Under the pieces are notes generated by a model. That model was not told the origin of the DNA. It worked only from the letters and a program-made list of their open reading frames with translations, and made no database searches. A stretch of 32,000 bases of DNA from positions 3,570,001 through 3,602,000 of the forward strand of contig NZ_RSDW01000001.1 in assembly GCF_003945235.1 (NCBI RefSeq). Direction: 5' to 3'. Shown here piece after piece: positions 10,443 through 18,282 of this stretch (positions within the stretch are counted from its first letter, which is position 1; every line of letters begins with the position of its first letter). This DNA comes from Edaphobacter aggregans. Lineage in GTDB: Bacteria; Acidobacteriota; Terriglobia; Terriglobales; Acidobacteriaceae. The translations under genes were made by a program, and so were the position numbers.

Positions 10443-11891
10443 ATGTGTCAAATGTCTAACGTCGAATCAACTCCGAATAGGCCTGCGACAAAGTATTCTG
10501 TATCCATGCCGCAGGTTGAAACCGAGCAAACCCAGCAGCGCTTAGGCTACGAACCCGACGCCCCCACCGGTCCCGCTTCCTTCGAGTCCTGGGGTCGCTA
10601 CCCCGCCTACAATGCAAACATCATCCCGATTCACTGGCAAGGTGATTTCCTTGACGCTGCGAGCAAACTCCACAACGGTGCACTTCCCGTCGGTATGGGG
10701 CGCAGCTACGGCGACGTCTGCCTGCTCAAGGATGGCAACCTCCTCGTCACCACCGGCATGAACCGGATCATCGACTTTGACCCCGAGACAGGTCTCCTCA
10801 CCGCCGAAGCCGGAATGTCCCTCGCGCAGATACTCGACTTTATCGTTCCCCGCGGTTTTTTCCTGCCTGTCACGCCCGGCACAAAATACATAACCCTCGG
10901 CGGAGCAATTGCCAACGACATCCATGGCAAGAACCACCACGTCGCCGGAACCTTCGGTTGTCACGTCACCCAGTTCGAGCTCATCCGCTCCAACGGTGAC
11001 CGCAAACTCTGCACGCCCACGGAAAACTCCGACCTCTACGCCGCCACCATCGGAGGCCTCGGCCTCACCGGCTTCATCTCCTGGGCCACTTTGCGCCTCA
11101 AGCCCATCGTCTCCCGCAAAATCGACTACGAAGGCATCCAGTTCCGTGGCATCGACGAGTTCCTCGACCTCACAGAAGAGAGCAAGGACATCGAGTACAC
11201 CGTAAGCTGGGTCGACGTCACATCCACCGGCCGCAACTTCTGCCGCGGCATCTTCATGCAAGGCGATCACTCGCCGAAGAAGGATGAGCTAAAGCCCTCA
11301 CCCGAATCCAAACTCGTCTTTCCCTTCGAAGCTCCCAGCTTCGCCCTGAATCCGTTCTCCGTAGGCGCCTTTAACACAGCCTTCTACCACAAGCAGATTC
11401 GCAAGCGGGTCATGTCTCTCCTGGACTACGAGCCCTTCTTCTACCCGCTCGACAAAGTTCTCCACTGGAAGCGCATGTACGGCAAGCGTGGTCTGCTGCA
11501 GTTCCAGTACGTCATCCCATGGGAGTACGCCCGCGAAGGTACCGTAGCTATCCTCAAAGAGGTCGCCAAGTCCGGTCTCGCCAGCTTCCTCGCAGTCCTC
11601 AAAGCCTTCGGCGACTTCCCCTCGCCCGGCCTCATGAGCTTCCCCAAGCCCGGCATCACCCTCGCGCTCGATTTCCCCATCAAGCCCGGCAAAAGCTTCC
11701 CCCTCTTCGAGCGTCTCGCTGACATGACCCTCGAGTTCGGCGGCCGCCTCTATCCCGCCAAGGACGCGGCCATGACCGCCCGCCAGTTCCAGGCCTTCTA
11801 TCCGCAATGGCAGGAATTCGCCCGCTACCGTGATCCCCTCCTCACCTCTAGCTTCTGGGAGCGCGTCACCGGTGATCGACCGACTTTATGA
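10443..11891 (+). CDS. FAD-dependent oxidase, decaprenylphosphoryl-beta-D-ribose oxidase (DprE1)-like
   Basis: Blocks match my recollection of M. tuberculosis DprE1: GMGRSYGD, GGAIANDIHGKNHH, LLQFQYVIP, LDFPIK, FGGRLYPAKD. The start is uncertain (ATG 10443, 10452 or 10506). Confidence 0.85.
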   Translation: MCQMSNVESTPNRPATKYSVSMPQVETEQTQQRLGYEPDAPTGPASFESWGRYPAYNANIIPIHWQGDFLDAASKLHNGALPVGMGRSYGDVCLLKDGNLLVTTGMNRIIDFDPETGLLTAEAGMSLAQILDFIVPRGFFLPVTPGTKYITLGGAIANDIHGKNHHVAGTFGCHVTQFELIRSNGDRKLCTPTENSDLYAATIGGLGLTGFISWATLRLKPIVSRKIDYEGIQFRGIDEFLDLTEESKDIEYTVSWVDVTSTGRNFCRGIFMQGDHSPKKDELKPSPESKLVFPFEAPSFALNPFSVGAFNTAFYHKQIRKRVMSLLDYEPFFYPLDKVLHWKRMYGKRGLLQFQYVIPWEYAREGTVAILKEVAKSGLASFLAVLKAFGDFPSPGLMSFPKPGITLALDFPIKPGKSFPLFERLADMTLEFGGRLYPAKDAAMTARQFQAFYPQWQEFARYRDPLLTSSFWERVTGDRPTL

Positions 11892-12652
11892 ATCAGACCC
11901 CAGGCACGACCGCACCCCGCAAAATTCTCGTTCTAGGAGCCACCTCAGGCATAGCCGAAGCCACCTCCCGCATTTGGGCCAGCCAGGGTGCGAGTCTCTT
12001 TCTCGTTGCCCGTAACGCAGAAAAGCTAGCCGCTGTAGCCGCCGACCTCAAGGCCCGCGGAGCCAGCTACATCGACACTGCCGTAGTCGATCTCGACAAC
12101 GTAGACCATCACCCAGCGTTGCTGGCCCATGCCATCAACTCGCTCACTGGCCTCGACGTCGCCTACCTCGCGCACGGAGTTCTCGGCGACCAGACCCAAG
12201 CCGAGCAGGACTTCAACGCGGCAGCCCACATCCTCTACACCAATCTGGTTGCCCCGGTCTCGCTCCTCACGTGGTTGGCCAACTACTTCGTGCAGCGCCA
12301 CTCCGGCACCATCGCAGTTCTCTCGTCGGTAGCCGGAGACCGCGGCCGCAAATCTAACTACGTCTATGGCTCCTCGAAGGCCGGACTCTCCGCCTTCCTC
12401 GCAGGCCTGCGCAACCGCGTAGATCGCGAAGGAGTCACGGTCCTTACCATCAAACCCGGCCCCACCAAGACCGCGATGACCGCTGGCATGAAGGGTAGCG
12501 AGAAGTTCGCCGACGTCAACAAGGTTGCAGAATCAATCGTCAGCGCGATCGACAGCGGCAAGGACAACCTCTACGTCCCATTCCAGTGGCAGCCCATCAT
12601 GTTCGTCATCCGCAACATCCCGGACCGCATCTTCAAAAAGCTAAATCTTTGA
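11888..12652 (+). CDS. SDR reductase, decaprenylphospho-erythro-pentofuranosid-2-ulose 2-reductase (DprE2)-like
   Basis: 254 aa, the same length as I recall for mycobacterial DprE2. Motifs LGATSGIAEA, YVYGSSKAGL (YxxxK) and a C-terminal IPDRIFKKLNL tail resembling IPRSIFRKLPI. ATGA start/stop overlap with the upstream DprE1-like gene. Confidence 0.85.
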   Translation: MNQTPGTTAPRKILVLGATSGIAEATSRIWASQGASLFLVARNAEKLAAVAADLKARGASYIDTAVVDLDNVDHHPALLAHAINSLTGLDVAYLAHGVLGDQTQAEQDFNAAAHILYTNLVAPVSLLTWLANYFVQRHSGTIAVLSSVAGDRGRKSNYVYGSSKAGLSAFLAGLRNRVDREGVTVLTIKPGPTKTAMTAGMKGSEKFADVNKVAESIVSAIDSGKDNLYVPFQWQPIMFVIRNIPDRIFKKLNL

Positions 12653-13670
12653 TCCACTCCAGACGGTCTGATTTCTTACTGGCAGTCTGCTGTTGTTGCG
12701 CCATCTGCTGCTGACGCGTAGGCGGAGGCAGTTGTTCCGGCAACTGCTGCGCCCTCTCCACCAGGATCGACCAGTCCTCAGGCACCGGCAGCTCCTGGTC
12801 AAGCGACGGCGCGCCTTCACTCTGCGTCACCCGCACCGCCACAGTAAGCTCACTCGCCGCCCGCCCGCGAAAGATCCCATGCGTCGGCGGAACATCCGAG
12901 TAATCCCGCCCAATCGCTGTCCGAATATGCCGGTCACCCGCCACCAGCCAGTTCGTCGGATCAAATCCAACCCACCCCAGATGCGGCATCAACACTTCAA
13001 TCCAGGCATGAGTGGCCGAGCGAATCGAGCGGTCCATATCACTCTCGCCATGAAATAAATAACCGCTCACATACCGGCAGGGAATCCGCAGCTTCGACCG
13101 AACCAGCGTAGTCATAATGTGCGCAAAGTCCTGACAAACTCCCGTCTTTGTACTCAGCGCAAGATCAATCGGCGAATCCACCTTCGTCGACTTCGGCTTA
13201 TAGTCAAAGTGCTCATACATCTGCTGATTCAGCTGATGCAGCACCATCATCGGATCATCTCTACGCCGAACATCCAGCTCCGAAGCCAGCTCATCCAGCG
13301 CATCCGTCGGAGCAGCAAACTCACTCGGCAGCAGCATCTCCCAGTAGTCTCCCTGCTCCACCATCGCATCCAGTTCATCCCACGCATCCGGAGCAAGAAA
13401 CGCCGGAACCTGCGGAAGCGGCTGCATCTCCACCAGCGACTCCGCCACAATTACCAACTGTCCATGCTGCCCCGGAATGTCGAAGTGGTGCACATGATTC
13501 GCCAGATGATCGCGATAACCAAACACCCTGCACCGCGGACTCACCGACAGATGAAACGTCAGGCAGCGCTGGTTCTGGTCGTTCCGCGGATGCATCCGCG
13601 TCTCCATCATGCTCTCGCTCACGGAGTTGCTGTACAGAAACTTCGTCAAGTGGCGAATCGAATAGTACAT
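12633..13670 (-). CDS. Transglutaminase-like cysteine protease family protein (Bact_transglu_N plus transglutaminase core) with a Gln-rich C-terminal tail
   Basis: N-terminus MYYSIRHLTKFLYSNSVSESMMETRMHP is typical of the family. Cys-His-Asp triad context: GVCQDFAH, THAWIEV, GFDPTN. AAGGAGGAG SD upstream of ATG 13670. Confidence 0.85.
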   Translation of the reverse strand: MYYSIRHLTKFLYSNSVSESMMETRMHPRNDQNQRCLTFHLSVSPRCRVFGYRDHLANHVHHFDIPGQHGQLVIVAESLVEMQPLPQVPAFLAPDAWDELDAMVEQGDYWEMLLPSEFAAPTDALDELASELDVRRRDDPMMVLHQLNQQMYEHFDYKPKSTKVDSPIDLALSTKTGVCQDFAHIMTTLVRSKLRIPCRYVSGYLFHGESDMDRSIRSATHAWIEVLMPHLGWVGFDPTNWLVAGDRHIRTAIGRDYSDVPPTHGIFRGRAASELTVAVRVTQSEGAPSLDQELPVPEDWSILVERAQQLPEQLPPPTRQQQMAQQQQTASKKSDRLEWIKDLAF

Positions 13671-13705
13671 CCAGCTCCTCCTTCTGCGTCGAATCTCATC
13701 TCTGC

Positions 13706-14689
13706 CTAACCCGCCAACGCCGCCTGGATCGGGTAGTCCACATAAAGCTCATAGATCATCTCGTGAATCGCCCTGCACTGTGTCTGAATATTGCGCAGGT
13801 AAGCCACCACATCGTCCTTCAGAATGTCGTCGACGCCGCTATAGCTCAACAACGCCTGCAGACGCCCCGACAAGCGACGCAGAGGCTCCGCCCGATTCTT
13901 GCCGCTCTCTCGATGGATCGCCTCCAGCGCATTCTGCATGCTGTCAATCGAGAACCTCAGCGAGTGCGGAAACTCCTCATCTAGCAGCAGGAACTCAAAG
14001 ATCCTGTCCGGCGTAAGATCGGCTGTGTAGACCTTGCAGTACGCCTCAAACGCCGTAGCCGACCGCAGCAAGCCCATCCACTCCAAATACTCGTTGCCCT
14101 CTGACATCCGCTCCGGATACCCCCACAGATCCTCGTGATAAGCCTCCAGCAACATCGCGGTCGCAGAAGCGCGCTCAATGTAACGCCCCACCTGAATAAA
14201 CTGCCAACCCTCACCATGGCTCATCGTCGAGTCAGTCACACCCTGAAACTGATGCACTGCCTCCATCACCGACTGTAGAAACTCCGTCGGCTGAGCCATC
14301 TCCTGCAACGCCTCTGCATGCATATCGCTCTGCATCTCAGGCCGCGTCACCTGCAAATACAGGCTATTCAGCCGATGCCACTGCTCCGTCGAGATCTGCT
14401 CCCTCACATGCCGCGAGTTCTCACGCGCAGAAATAATGCAAGACACAATAGCGGCCTTATTCTCCGTATTGAAAGTCAAGCTACGCATCAGCGCATACGG
14501 ATCGCCCGTAAACTCAACGCCCTTCGGATGCCCCAGCGCCTGCAACGCCCGATGCCACCGCCGCTCCGCACTAGTCGAGCTCTCATCCAGCATCAAATTC
14601 AGATTCACATCCAGCAGCCGCGTCGTATGCTCCGCCCGCTCGAGATACCGGCTCATCCAATACAAACTATCCGCAACACGGCTTAGCAT
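13706..14689 (-). CDS. Alpha-E domain protein (DUF403 family)
   Basis: MLSRVADSLYWMSRYLERAEHTTRLLDVN is the hallmark N-terminus of alpha-E proteins. Start placed at ATG 14689, 5 nt after GGGAGG. The track's GTG 14695 lies inside that SD. Confidence 0.85.
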   Translation of the reverse strand: MLSRVADSLYWMSRYLERAEHTTRLLDVNLNLMLDESSTSAERRWHRALQALGHPKGVEFTGDPYALMRSLTFNTENKAAIVSCIISARENSRHVREQISTEQWHRLNSLYLQVTRPEMQSDMHAEALQEMAQPTEFLQSVMEAVHQFQGVTDSTMSHGEGWQFIQVGRYIERASATAMLLEAYHEDLWGYPERMSEGNEYLEWMGLLRSATAFEAYCKVYTADLTPDRIFEFLLLDEEFPHSLRFSIDSMQNALEAIHRESGKNRAEPLRRLSGRLQALLSYSGVDDILKDDVVAYLRNIQTQCRAIHEMIYELYVDYPIQAALAG

Positions 14690-14701
14690 CGGCACCTCCC
14701 T

Positions 14702-16168
14702 TCATTGACTCAACACCCACGTATCCTTACTCCCGCCGCCCTGCGACGAATTCACCACCAGCGACCCACGCTTCAAAGCCACCCGCGTCAACCCACCCGG
14801 CACAACCGTCACCTTATCCCCATAGAGCACATAAGGCCGCAAATCCACATGCCGAGGCTCCAGCGCGTTATCAATCAAACAAGGCGCACGCGAAAACGAG
14901 ATCGTAGGCTGCGCGATATAGTTTCTCGGATCGGACTCGATCTTCCGAGCAAACTCCTCACGCTGCTCCGCCGTCGACTGCGGCCCGATCAGCATCCCAT
15001 ACCCACCGCTCTCACCCACAGCCTTCACCACCAGCTTGTCCAGATTCTGCAGCACATGCTGCCGTTCCTTCGGACGAGTCAGCAGATACGTCTCCACATT
15101 CTTCAGCACCGGCTCCTCAGTCAGGTAGTAGCGAATAATATCCGGCACATACGCATACAGCGCCTTATCATCGGCAACACCCGTGCCGAACGCATTCGCC
15201 AGCGTCACGTTCCCCGCGCGATACGCATTGAACAACCCGGCTACACCAAGAATCGAATCCCCACGAAACGCGAGCGGATCGATAAAGTCATCATCGACGC
15301 GCCGATAGATCACATCCACCCGCCGCAATCCATTCGTCGTCCGCATGTAGACGATGTTGTCGTGCGTCACCAGGTCGCGCCCCTCGACCAACTCAATACC
15401 CATCTGCCGAGCCAAATAAGCGTGCTCAAAGTAAGCCGAGTTGAACACCCCCGGCGAAAGCAGCACAATATTCGGCTCCGGCCGACCCTCAGGCGCAAGC
15501 GAACGCAGCGTCCCTAGTAACAACTGCGTGTACTGCTCAATCGGCCTGACGTTATAACTGCGGAACAACTGCGGAAAGATCCGCTTCATCACGCGCCGGT
15601 TCGTCAGCATGTAACTCACGCCGCTCGGCACTCGCAAGTTGTCTTCAAGAACGACAAACTCGCCGTTCTCCATCCGGATCAGGTCCGTACCGCAAACAGC
15701 GATATAGACATTCCGAGGCACCTGCAGCCCAATCATCTGTCGGCGATACTGCTTGCAGCTGTACACCACCTCACGCGGTACGATCCCATCCTTCAGGATG
15801 CGTCCCTCGTTATAAATGTCCCTCAGAAAAAGATTCAGCGCCGTAATTCGCTGCGACAGCCCCTGCTCCACAATCGCCCACTCGGCTGCAGTGATGATGC
15901 GCGGCAACAGGTCATACGGAAAGATCTTCTCCGTCCCCTCCTCGCGCCCATACACCGTGAACGTGATGCCCTGATTCAGAAAGCTGAGGTCCGCCGCCTG
16001 CTTCCGTCGCTGCAACTCATCCGGGGGCAGGGAAGTGAAGTGCTCCAGCAACAGCTGCGTGTGCTTGTGTAACTCACCCGGCCCAGCGAACATCTCGTCG
16101 TAGGCATGGTCCAGCAAATAGTTTTTCAGTGCAGGATGCTCGAACTGGATCGACTGAGTTGGCTGCAT
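14702..16168 (-). CDS. Circularly permuted type-2 ATP-grasp protein (COG2308-like amidoligase)
   Basis: 488 aa from ATG 16168 ([27 protein letters not shown]...). Conserved family blocks [54 protein letters not shown]. The stop is 12 bp before the alpha-E start. Confidence 0.85.
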   Translation of the reverse strand: MQPTQSIQFEHPALKNYLLDHAYDEMFAGPGELHKHTQLLLEHFTSLPPDELQRRKQAADLSFLNQGITFTVYGREEGTEKIFPYDLLPRIITAAEWAIVEQGLSQRITALNLFLRDIYNEGRILKDGIVPREVVYSCKQYRRQMIGLQVPRNVYIAVCGTDLIRMENGEFVVLEDNLRVPSGVSYMLTNRRVMKRIFPQLFRSYNVRPIEQYTQLLLGTLRSLAPEGRPEPNIVLLSPGVFNSAYFEHAYLARQMGIELVEGRDLVTHDNIVYMRTTNGLRRVDVIYRRVDDDFIDPLAFRGDSILGVAGLFNAYRAGNVTLANAFGTGVADDKALYAYVPDIIRYYLTEEPVLKNVETYLLTRPKERQHVLQNLDKLVVKAVGESGGYGMLIGPQSTAEQREEFARKIESDPRNYIAQPTISFSRAPCLIDNALEPRHVDLRPYVLYGDKVTVVPGGLTRVALKRGSLVVNSSQGGGSKDTWVLSQ

Positions 16169-16179
16169 TGGGAGCCTTG

Positions 16180-16208
16180 AGTATAGCGGCACATCCGCGC
16201 GCGACCAA
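16180..16208 (-). promoter_or_regulatory. Candidate sigma70-type promoter TTGGTC-17 bp-TATACT in front of the ATP-grasp gene
   Basis: Minus strand: TTGGTC (16208-16203), a 17-bp spacer, TATACT (16185-16180). The ATG at 16168 is only 11 nt downstream of the -10 box, implying a near-leaderless mRNA if the promoter is real. Confidence 0.25.
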
Positions 16209-16221
16209 GAAAATCCGAGCC

Positions 16222-16857
16222 TTACTTCTCCACCCGGTGCCCGTCCTTGCTGAAGTAGCTCAACTGACGCCGGTAGCAGCGCTGATGCTCCAAATCGAAC
16301 GCAATGCACGAATCAAAGGGCTTAGAGTACACATGCAGGCTGATGCACCCCACAGTGCCGGCATTCTCGATCTGGTGGATCGTCTGCAGCTTATCCACCG
16401 TCACCATGCCCGTCCCCTCAGCACAGCTTACCGTCCGCACCTTATCGATCTGCAACTCCGTCGCTCCACCCAGGCAGTCGATATTCACCACATTTTGGTT
16501 CTCCGGAGCGTTGCAACTCGTATGGTGAAACTCGTGCGTCAGTACCTCACCCTGCGACACCGTCATCCACCCAAGTTGCCCGTTATGTGTATGAATCGCG
16601 GTCTTCTGTCCCGGTGACCAGCAGATCGTCATCACCTCGAACAGCTCATCCCGATAGATCAGGTTGCGCGTATAGAAGCTGTCCCGCCACCACACATAGT
16701 CATGCAGAGACTCGGGCCGCAGCGTCATCGCCCCCATGTACTCCGCAATCCTATCCTTCGTAATCAGGTCCCGCTCCAGATCCCGCAGTCCGGCAATAAA
16801 GTCCGGCACGCTGGTCCTGAGCGGGTGGCTACAGTTCGCTATCGAAGCGCTTTCCAT
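16222..16857 (-). CDS. Cysteine dioxygenase type I family cupin (Arg-type, bacterial Gly variant)
   Basis: Blocks match my recollection of mammalian CDO: FYTRNL (Arg), [14 protein letters not shown] (HxH), TIHQIEN (third His), [16 protein letters not shown] (Tyr). Gly occupies the position of the eukaryotic cross-link Cys. GGGAGGAG SD upstream. Confidence 0.8.
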   Translation of the reverse strand: MESASIANCSHPLRTSVPDFIAGLRDLERDLITKDRIAEYMGAMTLRPESLHDYVWWRDSFYTRNLIYRDELFEVMTICWSPGQKTAIHTHNGQLGWMTVSQGEVLTHEFHHTSCNAPENQNVVNIDCLGGATELQIDKVRTVSCAEGTGMVTVDKLQTIHQIENAGTVGCISLHVYSKPFDSCIAFDLEHQRCYRRQLSYFSKDGHRVEK

Positions 16858-16911
16858 GGTCTCCTCCCAGATTCCTCTACATCCATTATCGCTCCGGGTG
16901 AAACGAAGGTC

Positions 16912-16923
16912 GCGAAATTTCGC
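16912..16923. promoter_or_regulatory. 12-bp perfect palindrome GCGAAATTTCGC between the zf-UBP stop and the CDO start
   Basis: Read directly from the sequence. It abuts the zf-UBP stop codon (16924-16926) and lies 55-66 bp upstream of the CDO ATG. Confidence 0.3.
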
Positions 16924-17187
16924 CTAATCCAACTCAAACATCAACTCATCGACATAGCACCAGTACCAGCTCTCGCCGGGCTCAATCGATCGAATGATTG
17001 GGTGCTTGGTCGCGTGAAAGTGCTTCGTCGCATGTTTTCCGATGGACGAGTCGCAGCAGCCCACATGCCCGCACTCCATGCACATGCGCAAATGCACCCA
17101 CGATTGCCCGATCTTCAAGCACTCTTCGCAGCCTTTGGTGTTGGGGTGGACAGGTTTGATCTGGTTTAGATGGTTACAGGTAGCCAT
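16924..17187 (-). CDS. UBP-type zinc-finger (zf-UBP) domain protein, 87 aa
   Basis: MATCNHLNQIKPVHPNTKGCEECLKIGQSWVHLRMCMECGHVGCCDSSIGKHATKHFHATKHP has the Cys/His spacing of zf-UBP. Start placed at ATG 17187, because the longer track start at 17247 falls inside the 15-bp hairpin. Confidence 0.75.
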   Translation of the reverse strand: MATCNHLNQIKPVHPNTKGCEECLKIGQSWVHLRMCMECGHVGCCDSSIGKHATKHFHATKHPIIRSIEPGESWYWCYVDELMFELD

Positions 17188-17226
17188 GCCTGAAAGTTTA
17201 CGCGCAATTCGTCCGAATGACGTATC

Positions 17227-17270
17227 GGAGTGAACGGACGGAAACACAATCGTGACCGTCCGTTCACTCC
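17227..17270 (-). terminator. Perfect 15-bp inverted repeat hairpin downstream of the SDR gene (terminator or operator; no U-tract)
   Basis: GGAGTGAACGGACGG (17227-17241) and CCGTCCGTTCACTCC (17256-17270) flank a 14-nt loop. It starts 7 bp after the SDR stop (17277) and lies upstream of the zf-UBP start. Confidence 0.45.
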
Positions 17271-17276
17271 CCGTAC

Positions 17277-18029
17277 TTACTGGCGCTGGCCGCCGGTCAA
17301 GAGCAGCGTCTGCCCCGTGACCCAGCCCGCATCATCCGAAGCGAAGAAGACGGCAGCCTTCGCGATATCCACTGGCTGCGCGATCCGCCCCAACGGAGTA
17401 ATCGACTCCACATGCTTGCGGAAGTCGCTCTCTGCGAACCCAACCGCATGCAGTCCTTCGGTCTCAACCATCCCCGGATTCAGCGAGTTCACCCGAATCT
17501 TCTTCGGCCCGAGCTCCTGCGAAAGTGAGATCGTGATGGCATCGACCGCCGCCTTCGTGGCACTGTAAACCGAGGCCTGCGGCACAGGCATCTGGCCCAC
17601 AATTGAGCTGATATTGATGATCGAGCCACCCTCCGGCCCAAAGTGCTTCACCGCCTCCTGAGTCGTCAGCAGCAAGCCCAGCACGTTCAAATCGAACTGC
17701 GAGTGAAAGTGCTCCGGCGTAATCGCCTCCAGCGGTTTGAAATCAAAGATGCCCGCATTATTGACGAGGATATCGACCTTGCCATAGGCCGCAAGCGTCT
17801 CCTTGAAGAGCTTCTGAATATCCTCCGCCTTCGAAACATTCCCTTGTACCGCAATGGCTTTACCACCCTTGCCGGTGATCTTCGCCACAACAGCATCCGC
17901 TCCGGCCTTGCTGCTGCTGTAGTTCACCACTACAGACGCCCCTTCGGCGCCAAGATGCTCTGCAATCGAGGCCCCAATGCCCTTCGAAGCGCCAGTAACT
18001 ACAGCCACTTTTCCTGCAAGCTTACTCAT
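17277..18029 (-). CDS. SDR family oxidoreductase (FabG / glucose-1-dehydrogenase-like)
   Basis: TGASKGIGAS, NNAG, YSATK. AGGAGA SD upstream of ATG 18029. Confidence 0.9.
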   Translation of the reverse strand: MSKLAGKVAVVTGASKGIGASIAEHLGAEGASVVVNYSSSKAGADAVVAKITGKGGKAIAVQGNVSKAEDIQKLFKETLAAYGKVDILVNNAGIFDFKPLEAITPEHFHSQFDLNVLGLLLTTQEAVKHFGPEGGSIINISSIVGQMPVPQASVYSATKAAVDAITISLSQELGPKKIRVNSLNPGMVETEGLHAVGFAESDFRKHVESITPLGRIAQPVDIAKAAVFFASDDAGWVTGQTLLLTGGQRQ

Positions 18030-18282
18030 GACTCAATCTCCTGTTCGATACGTCATTTTGACGATCATCTAACTATCATCCCGTTCCATGGGATGAGTCC
18101 GATAGGAAAAGGATGCACCTTGTTTCTGCATCAACCCCGCAATCTGACAATACTTTTACCCGATGTTGTTCTATTTACGCCCATTTCAAAAGCCAGGGCA
18201 GCCCCAACTAGCGTAAACTAGTAAGGACGCGCACTTTCCCCGAAACACCACTCCTAAGCGCACAGACAAGGACATAAACGCA

